NCBI GenBank assembly: GCA_007121975.1
Contig: SKJO01000007.1
Coordinates: 1 to 40,672, forward strand
Direction of reading: 5' to 3'
Source: Nitriliruptoraceae bacterium
Lineage (GTDB): Bacteria > Actinomycetota > Nitriliruptoria > Nitriliruptorales > Nitriliruptoraceae
Length of the DNA stretch: 40,672 nt
A program made the position numbers and the translations under genes. Positions 1 to 14,126 of the stretch are shown here, one piece after another. The notes below the pieces were generated by a model. The model ran no database searches. It was not told where the DNA came from and saw only the letters and a list, made by a program, of their open reading frames with translations. Every line of letters starts with the position of its first letter. Position 1 is the stretch's first letter.

Positions 1-345
1 CACGAAGACCGGGCTCTGGAAGACGAACCCGATCCGACGTGCACGCAGCCGGCTGCGTGCACGCTCGTCGAGCCCAGCCGGATCGACCCCATCGATGAGC
101 ACCGTCCCGGCCGTCGGGGTCGACAACGCGCCGAGCATGGCCAGCAGGGTCGACTTCCCCGAGCCCGACGGGCCGACCACCGCGACCAACTCCCCGCGCT
201 CGACGGCCAGCGACACCTCCTCGATGGCCGTGACCGCCAGCGCGCCGTGGCCGACGAGCTTGCCGACCCGGTCCGCGATCAGCACCGGCGCGCCTCCCGT
301 TCCGCGCCCACCGGTCGCGTCCGGCTCCTGCTGCCTGTTCACCAT
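1..345 (-). CDS. ABC transporter ATP-binding protein, N-terminal 115 aa only (C-terminus runs off the left edge)
   Basis: Not in the ORF track because it has no in-window stop. The reverse complement from ATG 345..343 reads [13 protein letters not shown]...[31 protein letters not shown]...[10 protein letters not shown]. This contains a Walker A P-loop (GPSGSGKST) placed as in MacB/LolD/FtsE-type ATPases. The ATG overlaps the stop of the upstream permease (ATGGTGA). Confidence 0.85.
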   Translation of the reverse strand, partial: MVNRQQEPDATGGRGTGGAPVLIADRVGKLVGHGALAVTAIEEVSLAVERGELVAVVGPSGSGKSTLLAMLGALSTPTAGTVLIDGVDPAGLDERARSRLRARRIGFVFQSPVFV

Positions 346-1484
346 GGTGCTCCCAACGCCTCGACGGGATCGGTGCTCAGCAGACGTCGCAGGCTCACCG
401 CGCCACCGCTCCCGATGGCGACCGCGAGCAGTGCCGAGATGACGGCCACCGTGGATGGCCGCACCACGAGCGGGACCGTCGGGGGGACCGCGGCTGCCAA
501 CCCGGCCGCCAGCAACGCACCCGATCCGGACGCGAGCACCCACGTGACCGCGAGTCGCAACGCCAGGATCCCGGCCAGCACCGCAGGGGCCGCACCGACC
601 GCTCGGAGTTCGGCGTTTCGGCGGCGATCCCGGTCGACCTGGAGCAGGGAGAGTCCGGCCGTCACGAGGACGACCACGCTGATCGCCAGGGCCACCAGAC
701 CCCCGAAGGTGACACGGATCGCGGCGATCCCCGGGACCGCAGCCAGCGCGTCGCGGTGCGCCACCACCTCGACCTCGAGGTCCTCCTCGGCCAACTCGGC
801 GACGATGGCCGGAGCGACCTCCTGCGGATCACGACCGACCTGGACCTCCACGAGCCCGATGCCGACGATCGCTTCCGAGTACCCGCGCTCGGGGAAGGCA
901 CGCGCACCGGTTCGCGCCCAGACCTCGGGGGGCACCCAGACCGTCGGCTGCTGCAGGAACATCGCCTCGGCGATGACCCCCACCACCTCGACGTCGAGTG
1001 AGTCCCCGAGCGTGACGCGGTCGCCCACCTCGATGCCGGTGCGGTGCAGCGTCGCATCGATCGCCGCGAGGTTCGGCTCGCCATCGGTGGGGACGCGGCC
1101 CGCCAGAACCCGAACCGGCTCCGCCGGTGTCCTGGCGTTGAACCCGACCAACGTCGCCCGGACCTGCCGGTCCCCGTGGGTGACGGTGGTTGGCACGATC
1201 GACAGCACGCCGACCTCGTGGACCCCGTCCACGAAGCCCACCCCGATCGTGGCAGGTCGAGGAACTCGGCTTCGCAGGACCTGCTGGCGTGCCTCGGCGT
1301 TGAACACGACCAGATCGGCCTCGACGGCACGCAGCGCCCCGGTGCTGCGTCGCTCGAGCGTGTCCGCCAGCGAGCCGAGCACGATCGCGAGTGCCGCCAG
1401 CACCATCAGGGTCATCGCCGGTCGGATCAACCGGGCTGGGGTGCGCCGCAGCTCGAGCCAGACGAGGTGGGTTGCCAGCCTCAC
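339..1484 (-). CDS. ABC transporter permease, FtsX/MacB-type (second of two)
   Basis: 381-aa ORF with an N-terminal TM ([17 protein letters not shown]), a long extracytoplasmic segment and a C-terminal cluster of hydrophobic helices, which is the FtsX-like topology. Its GTG start overlaps the stop of the preceding permease (GTGA at 1481-1484). Confidence 0.8.
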   Translation of the reverse strand: MRLATHLVWLELRRTPARLIRPAMTLMVLAALAIVLGSLADTLERRSTGALRAVEADLVVFNAEARQQVLRSRVPRPATIGVGFVDGVHEVGVLSIVPTTVTHGDRQVRATLVGFNARTPAEPVRVLAGRVPTDGEPNLAAIDATLHRTGIEVGDRVTLGDSLDVEVVGVIAEAMFLQQPTVWVPPEVWARTGARAFPERGYSEAIVGIGLVEVQVGRDPQEVAPAIVAELAEEDLEVEVVAHRDALAAVPGIAAIRVTFGGLVALAISVVVLVTAGLSLLQVDRDRRRNAELRAVGAAPAVLAGILALRLAVTWVLASGSGALLAAGLAAAVPPTVPLVVRPSTVAVISALLAVAIGSGGAVSLRRLLSTDPVEALGAPW

Positions 1485-2605
1485 GCGGGAGCCCGCAGGG
1501 CGTCCGCTGGGTCGAGCCTGCGCAGCGTCCGCAGGCCGCGAGCGGCCGCGAGGGCTGCTGCGGCCCAGGTGGCGACGGCCACGCTCACCACGGTGTGCAG
1601 CTCGAGGGTGATCGGGATCTGCGGTGGGCTCAGCCGCTCCGCGAGGCCGATCGTCGCCGTCGAGATGAGGGCAGCCAGCACGACGAGCACCGCGACCCGG
1701 ACCTGGTGCGCCCCGGCCAGAAGGCGTGGGCTGGCACCGATGGCCCGCAGCGTCGCCAGCACGCGCCGCTCCTGCTCGACCTGGAGCCGAGTGAAGGCGG
1801 CACTGACCGCTGCGACCGCCACCAGCGACACGAGCGTTGCCGTGGCGAAGCTGGACCTCAGCCCGTCGATACCGGGCAGCTCAGCGGCCAGCTGCGCCGG
1901 GGGTGCCGCCACCAGGGTTGGTTCGGTCCGGGCGATGGCCGCAGCGACCCGGTCCGGATCGGCGGTCGGTGCGAGCTCCACGGCGAAGGCGGTCGGTGCG
2001 ACCTCGTTGCTGTCGGGATGCAGGGCATCGACGATCTCGACCCACCGCGCATAGGCAACCGTGATGGTCGGGATGCTCGCGAAGCGTCGACCGTCGGTCG
2101 TCCCGACGATCTGCAGGGTCGTGGGCGGGTCGACGAGCGCCAGCGTCTCACCCGGTACCGCACCCAGGTGACGGTCGGCACCGTCGACGATGGCTTGCTG
2201 CGGACCGATCGCCGCTGCCCCGTCGGCAACCGGCGGCGCCGCGGGGCTGTCCGGGTCGATGCCCCACAACGAAGCATCGACGAGCGCGCCGCCTGCGACC
2301 CGCACCCCGACCCGTACCTCACCGATGGGCGCAATCCTCTCGACCCCATCGATCGCCGCCACGCTCCCGAGCCGCGCCGGGTCCACCCGGCTCGCCGACA
2401 ACGCGCCCTGCGCCCCCGCAGCCAGCACCCACAGATCGGCCTCGTTGGCTGCCAGGGCTCCGGACAGGCTCCGGACCTGTGCCTCGCCGACCACCCCGAA
2501 CACGGCCACCAGAGAGATCAACGCGCTCACCATGCCGGCGACGCCCGCCGTCTGCCAGGGCGAGCGCCGGAGCTGTCCGACCGCCAGGGTCCGAACCGTG
2601 CCCAC
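1481..2605 (-). CDS. ABC transporter permease, FtsX/MacB-type (first of two)
   Basis: Same architecture as the neighbouring permease. The track ORF extends to 2737. I trimmed it to GTG 2605, which is preceded by GGGAGG with a 6-nt spacer and gives MGTVRTLAVGQLRRSPWQT..., a typical FtsX-family N-terminus. Confidence 0.75.
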   Translation of the reverse strand: MGTVRTLAVGQLRRSPWQTAGVAGMVSALISLVAVFGVVGEAQVRSLSGALAANEADLWVLAAGAQGALSASRVDPARLGSVAAIDGVERIAPIGEVRVGVRVAGGALVDASLWGIDPDSPAAPPVADGAAAIGPQQAIVDGADRHLGAVPGETLALVDPPTTLQIVGTTDGRRFASIPTITVAYARWVEIVDALHPDSNEVAPTAFAVELAPTADPDRVAAAIARTEPTLVAAPPAQLAAELPGIDGLRSSFATATLVSLVAVAAVSAAFTRLQVEQERRVLATLRAIGASPRLLAGAHQVRVAVLVVLAALISTATIGLAERLSPPQIPITLELHTVVSVAVATWAAAALAAARGLRTLRRLDPADALRAPA

Positions 2606-2739
2606 CAGCAGCCTCCCGGTCACGTCGCACGTCACGGTGCACCGGCCGAACCTGTGGCTCGGTGGCAGACACTCCCTGCGGGAACGGCCAAGCGCCGAGC
2701 CATGAGCAGACGCCGGTCGGGGAGGACGGGGTCTCACCG

Positions 2740-2754
2740 CCGGTCATTGACCGG
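2740..2754. promoter_or_regulatory. 15-bp perfect palindrome CCGGTCA-T-TGACCGG upstream of the ABC operon (possible operator or hairpin)
   Basis: Read directly from the sequence. It lies about 135 nt upstream of the trimmed permease start and downstream of tRNA-Ile. No regulator gene is adjacent. Confidence 0.2.
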
Positions 2755-2792
2755 GGAGCGGGTCGACGTCGCAGCGGGGCATCGTCCCCACG

Positions 2793-2867
<75 letters not shown>

Positions 2868-2956
2868 GGGTCCTGCATGCGGCCCGGGGGCCGCAGTCGG
2901 GCAGCGTAGCGATCCCCGGATCAACCGTCGAACCGGCCCCGCTGCTCCGGCGGTGA

Positions 2957-3535
2957 TCACCGGGCCCGGGTGCCTCCGCCGGGCTTCGGATCACGCGGGG
3001 TCTGGCGGGGTTGACGGCTCGACGAACCGCCGGCGCTCGACGGCGTCGGCTTGCGCGAGGAGATCGGTCCGAGCACGTGCGCCGCGGTGCTCTCGTTGGT
3101 GGTGTCTCGGCGTCGCTGTCCCCCCGAGGAGGCCGAAGGCGACGATCCGGTCACGGTGCGCGCGGGCGTCTCGCCCCGCGCCGCGGAGCCGGGGGTGTCG
3201 TCGATCATCGTGAACGCCAACCCGCCGGTGAGGTCGGCGATGAGGTTGTGGAGGAACGCGAGGAAGACGAGCACCGCGGTCTGCACCACGACCCACAGCA
3301 GCCCGAGCAGCACCAGCACCCGGAACGCTGGTCCGGGCTCGACCCCGCAGTTGGTGAACCCGACGTCCGCCGCGATCCCGCACACCTGATCGACGATGTT
3401 GAGCCGATCGATGACGAACCAGATGACCCCGGCGATGAGCAGGCCGATGGCCAGGAACGCCACGTTGAGGATGGCACCGAACTTCAGCACCGACCAGGGG
3501 TCGATGCGCTTGAGGGTCAAGCGGCGGCGGACCAC
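2957..3535 (-). CDS. DUF3566-like transmembrane protein (Rv0007-like, the gene usually found just after gyrA) with a disordered C-terminal tail
   Basis: The in-frame segment VRRRLTLKRIDPWSVLKFGAILNVAFLAIGLLIAGVIWFVIDRL...VLLGLLWVVVQTAVLVFLAFLHNLIADLTGG resembles the DUF3566 signature. The 358-aa track ORF overlaps the lipoprotein gene, so I trimmed it to GTG 3535, preceded by AGGAG with a 6-nt spacer. Confidence 0.7.
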   Translation of the reverse strand: MVRRRLTLKRIDPWSVLKFGAILNVAFLAIGLLIAGVIWFVIDRLNIVDQVCGIAADVGFTNCGVEPGPAFRVLVLLGLLWVVVQTAVLVFLAFLHNLIADLTGGLAFTMIDDTPGSAARGETPARTVTGSSPSASSGGQRRRDTTNESTAAHVLGPISSRKPTPSSAGGSSSRQPRQTPRDPKPGGGTRAR

Positions 3536-3593
3536 GGAGCGCTCCTGAGGGGACCGCAGCAGACTACCGACTGCGCCCGCCGCCAGCCCGGTC

Positions 3594-4010
3594 TCACCGC
3601 GCCGCGCCCTGCTGCGAGCCCTGCAGGCGCACGCCCGGTTCGTACAGGAAACACACCACCTCGCGGTCGCCCTGCCCCCAGGACTCGGCGGTCGGGTACA
3701 GCGCGTCGAGGAAGATCTCGGACTCGAAGTACTCGATGCCCACGTAGGGCTCGAAGCGCGACAGGCAGCCGTCGAACGCTCCGGAGGCCGCCTCGTCCGC
3801 TCCGGGGAAGTCCCCTTCGGGCAGGTCGAACAGCGCGTAGACCTCGGCGTCGAACGAGTCGTCACAGTCGACGATCTCGACGTTCTGTACCTCGTCGCCG
3901 GTCGGCTGGTTGAAGCACTGCCCGACCTCCAGCGAGAACACGTTGCCCTCCGAGGAGCAGGCCACCACCAGCAGCGCGCAGGCGGCCAGCAGCAGGGAGC
4001 GGACACCCAT
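3594..4010 (-). CDS. Cys-rich lipoprotein, possibly septum-formation-family (PF13845-like) domain
   Basis: 138-aa ORF with signal peptide MGVRSLLLAACALLVVAC and lipobox VVAC followed by SSEG. The mature part has four spaced Cys (GQCF, VDCDD, DGCL, VVCF). The RBS GGAAGGGA lies 5 nt from the ATG. The domain name is from memory, not from an alignment. Confidence 0.7.
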   Translation of the reverse strand: MGVRSLLLAACALLVVACSSEGNVFSLEVGQCFNQPTGDEVQNVEIVDCDDSFDAEVYALFDLPEGDFPGADEAASGAFDGCLSRFEPYVGIEYFESEIFLDALYPTAESWGQGDREVVCFLYEPGVRLQGSQQGAAR

Positions 4011-4069
4011 GACGGTCCCTTCCGACGGATCACGGCGGGGACGGAGGTGTCCCTACCCGTGGCCTGACC

Positions 4070-6673
<2,604 letters not shown>

Positions 6674-6697
6674 CAGGGCTCCTTGGGGGTGCGGCGA

Positions 6698-6949
6698 TCA
6701 GCGCGGTGCGCGACCGTCGAGGTCGTCGGGCGTGTCGTCGGGCTCGTCGTCAGGTGGCGCTTCGGGCATCGGGTGGAAGCTGTCCGCGCGACGCGACACG
6801 CCCCACAGCAGCGCTCCGGACAGCACGCCCGCCACGACGCCACCGGTCACCCAACCGCCGGTCCCGAAGCCGAGGAACCACCCGATCCCCGCCACCGAGG
6901 CGAAGCCGATGGCCACGGCGAGCAGGACGGCGCGCAGCGTGCGGTCCAT
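6698..6949 (-). CDS. small membrane protein (83 aa, 2 predicted TM, acidic Pro/Asp tail), unknown function
   Basis: ATG ORF with G/C-dominated third codon positions by eye. Hydrophobic segments are AVLLAVAIGFASVAGIGWFLGF and VTGGVVAGVLSGALLWGV. It starts 6 nt after the stop of the upstream 136-aa ORF and ends 24 nt before gyrA. Confidence 0.6.
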   Translation of the reverse strand: MDRTLRAVLLAVAIGFASVAGIGWFLGFGTGGWVTGGVVAGVLSGALLWGVSRRADSFHPMPEAPPDDEPDDTPDDLDGRAPR

Positions 6950-6955
6950 CGGCGA

Positions 6956-9600
<2,645 letters not shown>

Positions 9601-9623
9601 TCAGCGCGACGGGCGGCTCACGC

Positions 9624-10295
9624 TCAACCGCTGGCGAGCAGGGTCGCGATCTGGGTGACGACGTCCATCGACTGCCGACCCGAGGCGCGGACCTGCACGA
9701 TGCCCTCGGCGTCGATCCCGACCCAGTAGGGGGTACCGGTGAGCCCGAAGGCCCGGGCGACGCTGCCATCGGCGTCGTCGGTGATCACCGGACCCGGGTA
9801 GCCGACCCGCGAGAACCAGGCGTCCGGCGGCCAGTTGGTGTCGTCGGGACGGTGCAGGGTCGACACCGCGATCACCTCGACATCGCCATCGGGTCCCCCT
9901 TCGTTGAGCCAGGCTGCGACCTCGGGCAGCTCGTCGCGGCAGAAGGAGCACCACGAGGCCATGAACACGACCAGCTGCGGGGAGCCCGTGCCCCCGATCG
10001 AGACCGGGTTGCCGGCAAAATCGGCACCCTCGATGCGTGGAGCCGGCTGCCCGACCGCCGGATCGTCGCCCGGATCGGTGTCCCCGGCGGGAGGCAGGGC
10101 CTCACCGGTGATGGTCGGGGAACCCGCCACCTCGGCCAGCGACCGGTCACGCACCTCGCGTTCGACGGCGCGATCCTCGGCATCGCCCGCCGCGGACCAG
10201 GCGATCAGGCCGACCACGAGCAGGACGACCAGACCGATCCCGCCCCCGATCAGCAGGGTGCGCCGGTCGGTACCGGCCTTGGTGCTCGATGACAT
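9624..10295 (-). CDS. membrane-anchored thioredoxin-fold thiol:disulfide oxidoreductase (TlpA/ResA-like)
   Basis: CxxC motif WCSFC in the context LVVFMASWCSFCRDELPEV, with an N-terminal TM (LLIGGGIGLVVLLVVGLIAW). I trimmed the track ORF (to 10478) to ATG 10295, preceded by AGGAGG with a 6-nt spacer. Confidence 0.85.
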   Translation of the reverse strand: MSSSTKAGTDRRTLLIGGGIGLVVLLVVGLIAWSAAGDAEDRAVEREVRDRSLAEVAGSPTITGEALPPAGDTDPGDDPAVGQPAPRIEGADFAGNPVSIGGTGSPQLVVFMASWCSFCRDELPEVAAWLNEGGPDGDVEVIAVSTLHRPDDTNWPPDAWFSRVGYPGPVITDDADGSVARAFGLTGTPYWVGIDAEGIVQVRASGRQSMDVVTQIATLLASG

Positions 10296-10369
10296 CGCAG
10301 ACCTCCTGGTGCAGTGGGGGCTCGGTGAGGGATCAGTTGAGGTTCGTAGGGTGACAACGCACGGTCGGG

Positions 10370-10885
10370 TCAGGCGCTGGTCGGCTGCGAACGCGCCGCC
10401 AGGCTCAGGCTGATGATGGCCAGGAAGCCCGCCAACGCCATGCCGGGGATGGTCACGAAGCCGAACTCCTGGACCCACAGCACGTCACACGGGGCCGAGA
10501 TATCACAGGAACCCCCGAGCGCCGCCAGACGTTCCACGCCGAGGTGGTAGACCGCGATGACCGCACCCACGCCGGCCAGAGGCACGGACGTGCGCCACAC
10601 CTGCCGATCACCACGCACCGCGGCCACCCCGAGCACGACCACCAGGGGATACATCGCGATGCGCTGGTACCAGCACAGCACGCAGGGCGGGTAGCCGGCG
10701 ATCTCAGAGAGGTACAGCGAGCCGAGCGTCGCCGTGGTCGCGATCGCGGTCGCCAGCGGCAGCGCGAGCGTCGTGCGCAGCCAGGTCGGAACCCGCCCGG
10801 CGACCAGCAGCCACGCGACCACACCGGCCCCGCCCAGCGCGAGCAGCGCGAGCAGCGCGAAGAAGCGCTCGGCGACGGCGTACAT
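10370..10885 (-). CDS. disulfide bond formation protein, DsbB family (BdbC-like)
   Basis: 171-aa, 4-TM ORF. The first loop has PPCVLCWYQRI, matching the BdbC/DsbB signature from memory. A second Cys pair (GGSCDISAPCD) sits in the second loop. The RBS is GGGAGG. Confidence 0.85.
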   Translation of the reverse strand: MYAVAERFFALLALLALGGAGVVAWLLVAGRVPTWLRTTLALPLATAIATTATLGSLYLSEIAGYPPCVLCWYQRIAMYPLVVVLGVAAVRGDRQVWRTSVPLAGVGAVIAVYHLGVERLAALGGSCDISAPCDVLWVQEFGFVTIPGMALAGFLAIISLSLAARSQPTSA

Positions 10886-10981
10886 GGACGGCGAACCTCC
10901 CGGAGTTGGTCCGTAGGCTCCCCCTGGGACCGCTGGACTCAGCCAGGGTACCGATCAGCGCGCAGGTGACCAGGGGCGCGG

Positions 10982-11440
10982 TCACTCGTCCTGGAGCGGA
11001 CCGACCACCAGGCGGATGTCGCGGACCAGGGGCTCACCGAGCACCTCGGTGAGGTTGGCGAGCAGCCCGGGAACCACGTAGCGCAGCTGGGTGGCCCACA
11101 CGGCGCTGTGGGCACGGACCACGAGGATGCCCCCGGCCAGTCGCACCGGCTGGCAGTGCCGGGCGAGCTCGGCGCCGACCACCTCGTCCCAACGGGCCCA
11201 CAGGGTGGCGGTGGCCAGTCGCTGGCTCCAGCCCTGGCGCTGCACGAGCTGGGCCAGCGCCTCTCCCACCGGTCGGGGATCGGGCACGCGGCGCAGTCCG
11301 TCGGTGTCGGGCTCCTCGATCGTCCAGTCGTCGTCGCTGGGCGGTGCCGGGTCGAAGCTGGCGCGGTCCAGCGCGGCGCGGCGCGCAGCCTGCCGGCGAC
11401 GCTCCGCAGCATCGGCACGAGCCTCCCGGTCGGCTCTCAT
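10982..11440 (-). CDS. DUF721 (Rv0004-like) protein of the recF-gyrB region
   Basis: The sequence PVGEALAQLVQRQGWSQRLATATLWARWDEVVGAELARHCQPVRLAGGILVVRAHSAVWATQLRYV is typical of DUF721. I trimmed to ATG 11440, which overlaps the recF stop (ATGA). Confidence 0.85.
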   Translation of the reverse strand: MRADREARADAAERRRQAARRAALDRASFDPAPPSDDDWTIEEPDTDGLRRVPDPRPVGEALAQLVQRQGWSQRLATATLWARWDEVVGAELARHCQPVRLAGGILVVRAHSAVWATQLRYVVPGLLANLTEVLGEPLVRDIRLVVGPLQDE

Positions 11441-12630
11441 GCCGCGCCCTCGACCCCGGTGGGGTCCGGACCCCGGGGGTGCAGCCGGGTCACCCCGGCA
11501 TCGAGGGCGACCTCGACCCGGGCGCCGGGCAGGGGAACATCCGCTTCCACCGCGGCGGTGACCAGCACCTGCTCGAAGCCGCGACACGCGGCCGCGAGCC
11601 GCTCTCGGCGCACCTCGTCGAGCTCGGCGAAGACGTCATCGAGCAGCACCACCGGTCGGTCACCGACCTCGGCGAGCACCACGTCGGTCGCGAGCTTCAA
11701 CGCCAGTGCCAGCGACCAAACCTCTCCGTGACTGGCGTAGCCCCGGGCCGGCAGTGGCCCGATCGACAGCTCGAGTTCGTCACGGTGCGGGCCGACCAGG
11801 GTCAGGCCCCGGGCGCGCTCCTCCTCGGCGCGGGCGGCGAAGGCCCGGCGCAGTCCTTCAGCCACCGCCGAGGGATCCGGGACCCGGGCGTCCTCGGTTC
11901 CGGACGTGGTGGTCGCCTCACCGGCCGTGGAGCGGTAGACCAGCCCGACCGGCTCCGGGCGATCGGCCAACTCCCGGTAGAAGCGGTCGGTCGGAGCAGC
12001 CAGGGTGCGCACCGCCGCCACCCGGGCGGCGATGAGCTGTGCTCCCGCCGCCACCACCTGCTCGGTCCACACCTCGAGCCCGGACGCGAGCGCTGAGCCC
12101 AGAGCCTGACGCCCGGCGCGTGCGTCACGCAGCAGTTGGTTGCGTTGCCGCAGCGCGCGGTCGTAGTCGGCCCGGGCGGCGGCATAGGCGGGGCGGCGCT
12201 GGGCGAGCAGGTCGTCGAGGAAGCGACGCCGCTCGGACGGATCACCCCGCACGATGGCGGTGTCCTCGGGCGCGAAGAGCACCACCCGCAGCACTCCGAG
12301 CGCATCAGCTGCGCGGCGCACCGGCTGCCCGTCGACGCGCGTGCGGGTGCGCCGGCCACCCGTGGCGAGTTCGAGTTCGATCCGGCGCTCTCGTCCCTCG
12401 TCGGTCTGCAGCCGACAGCGGATCACGCCGAGCTCGCACCCGGCGCGCACCAGCGGTGCATCGCCGGCAACCCGGTGCGAGGATCCCGTCGCCGCCCGGT
12501 GCACGGCCTCGAGCAGGTTGGTCTTGCCCTGGGCGTTGCGACCGAGCAGCAGGGTCACTCCGGCGGCGAGGTCGAGCGACGCACGGTCGTAGGAGCGCAC
12601 GTCGGTGAGCTCGATGCGACGCAGGAGCAC
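11437..12630 (-). CDS. recF: DNA replication and repair protein RecF
   Basis: 397 aa, MLLRRIELTDVRSYDRASLDL..., with Walker A GRNAQGKTNLLEAV. It occupies the conserved position after dnaN, 4 nt from the dnaN stop. Confidence 0.95.
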   Translation of the reverse strand: MLLRRIELTDVRSYDRASLDLAAGVTLLLGRNAQGKTNLLEAVHRAATGSSHRVAGDAPLVRAGCELGVIRCRLQTDEGRERRIELELATGGRRTRTRVDGQPVRRAADALGVLRVVLFAPEDTAIVRGDPSERRRFLDDLLAQRRPAYAAARADYDRALRQRNQLLRDARAGRQALGSALASGLEVWTEQVVAAGAQLIAARVAAVRTLAAPTDRFYRELADRPEPVGLVYRSTAGEATTTSGTEDARVPDPSAVAEGLRRAFAARAEEERARGLTLVGPHRDELELSIGPLPARGYASHGEVWSLALALKLATDVVLAEVGDRPVVLLDDVFAELDEVRRERLAAACRGFEQVLVTAAVEADVPLPGARVEVALDAGVTRLHPRGPDPTGVEGAA

Positions 12631-12634
12631 CCGG

Positions 12635-13747
12635 TCAGCTCACCCGCATCGGCATCAGCAGGTAGGTCAGGTCGTCGGTGTGCTCGTCATCGGTCTCGGG
12701 GTGCAGCACGGCGGGCTTGAGCCCGTCGCGCAGCTCGATGCGGATGCGTTCGGTCCCGGTGGCCTCGAGCCCCGCGAGCAGGAACGCCGGGTTGAAGGCG
12801 ATGGTCAGGCCTTCGCCGTCGAGGTCTGCGGGCAGGGCCTCGGCGGCGTCGCCCATCTCCTGGTTGGTGGCCTGCAACTCGACCGAGCCGTCGGAGAACG
12901 TCAGGCTGACCGGCGTGTTGGCCTGACCCATGGCCACGATGGCGACGCGCTGCAGGGCCTCGACCAAGGGCGTGCGCTCGATCACCACGGTGGTCTCGTG
13001 GGCATCGGGCAGCAGCGCCCGGTAGTTGGGGAACGTGCCCTCGATGAGCTTGGTGGTGAGGCGACGGTCGCCGAACAGGAAGGAAACCTGCCCCTCCTCG
13101 AGCACGATGGTGAGCGAACCTCCGACCTCGCCAGCGGCCTTGGCCGCCTCCTGCAGCGACCGGCTGGGAACCAGCGCGTCGCCCTCGAGTGCCTGGTCCC
13201 AGGCGAGCGAGCGCACCGCCAGCCGGTAGCTGTCGGTCGCCGCCGCGGTCAGCAAGCCCCCCTCGGCGTGCAGTTGGACCCCGGTGAGCACCGGACGGCC
13301 TTCGTCGGTGGAGGCCGCCCGGGCGACCTGACCGACCAACCGGGCGAACGCGTCCGCGGGCAGTACCCCGCTGCTGGCGTCCTCGGCGGGACTGGCGAGG
13401 GTCGGGAAGTCCTCGACCTGCATGCCCCGGACGTGGAACGTGGCGCGGCCGCAGCTGATCTGCAGCCGATCCGGCTCCCCGTCGATCTCAACCGGCGCCT
13501 GCGGGAACCGGGCGACCAACTGCGCGAGCAGACGCCCCGGCAGCAGTGCGCGCCCCGGACGGTCGATCGACACCGGGATCGTGATCTCCGCGGCGACCTC
13601 GAGGTCGGTTGCCCGACAGGTGAGCTTGCCGTCCGCTGCCTCGAGCAGGACGCCCGACAGGGCCGGCAGGGTGACGCGACCGGCAACCGTGCGAGTTGCC
13701 CACGACACGGCATCGGCGAACTGGGCCCGATCGGCGCGCAGCTTCAC
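12635..13747 (-). CDS. dnaN: DNA polymerase III beta sliding clamp
   Basis: 370 aa, MKLRADRAQFADAVSWATRTVAGRVTLPALSGVLLEA..., with a GTG start and AGGAAGGA RBS. It lies downstream of dnaA. Confidence 0.97.
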   Translation of the reverse strand: MKLRADRAQFADAVSWATRTVAGRVTLPALSGVLLEAADGKLTCRATDLEVAAEITIPVSIDRPGRALLPGRLLAQLVARFPQAPVEIDGEPDRLQISCGRATFHVRGMQVEDFPTLASPAEDASSGVLPADAFARLVGQVARAASTDEGRPVLTGVQLHAEGGLLTAAATDSYRLAVRSLAWDQALEGDALVPSRSLQEAAKAAGEVGGSLTIVLEEGQVSFLFGDRRLTTKLIEGTFPNYRALLPDAHETTVVIERTPLVEALQRVAIVAMGQANTPVSLTFSDGSVELQATNQEMGDAAEALPADLDGEGLTIAFNPAFLLAGLEATGTERIRIELRDGLKPAVLHPETDDEHTDDLTYLLMPMRVS

Positions 13748-14126
13748 GACAGTCCTTCCTGGAGTTTTCCACCGTCATGGTGAAGAAGTGATCGTTCTCT
13801 AGATTCCCACGCCATAACCATAGGGGGTGTGGACTCGGTGGACGAGTGGGTCTTGTGGCTGGTCATCGCGGGTCCAGGAGGCGTGGACGAGCTGTGGGTG
13901 GGCGAGCCGGTGATCCCCAGGCGAGCAAATGACATCGAGGTGCTTCCACCGCGGCCAGCCGGCGTCCACCGGCCGTCCACCACGCGTCCCCAGCCCGGGA
14001 GGCCATGCGCGAGGCGGCAAGCAGAGCGCGATCCCCCGCCGAGCACGGTTTGTCCACGCCCCAGCCACCGCTCATCCCCAGCTGTTGCACCCCCCCATCC
14101 ACGGCGGGCGTCGGTGTCGCGCATGC
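13748..14126. other. candidate oriC (dnaA-dnaN spacer with a DnaA-box field and a locally AT-richer stretch)
   Basis: The 379-bp non-coding spacer has at least 9 TCCAC-core 9-mers in both orientations: TTTTCCACC 13765-13773, TGTGGACTC 13828-13836, GGTGGACGA 13838-13846, CGTGGACGA 13882-13890, GCTTCCACC 13942-13950, GCGTCCACC 13962-13970, CCGTCCACC 13973-13981, TTGTCCACG 14050-14058, CCATCCACG 14095-14103. The stretch 13779-13825 is visibly less GC-rich. Confidence 0.7.

Noticed and set aside
2868-2956. Looked for a tRNA-Ala next to tRNA-Ile, as in the mycobacterial gyrA-downstream region
   Set aside because: No cloverleaf can be drawn. The only structure is a GC hairpin (GCGGCC-cggg-GGCCGC, 2879-2894).
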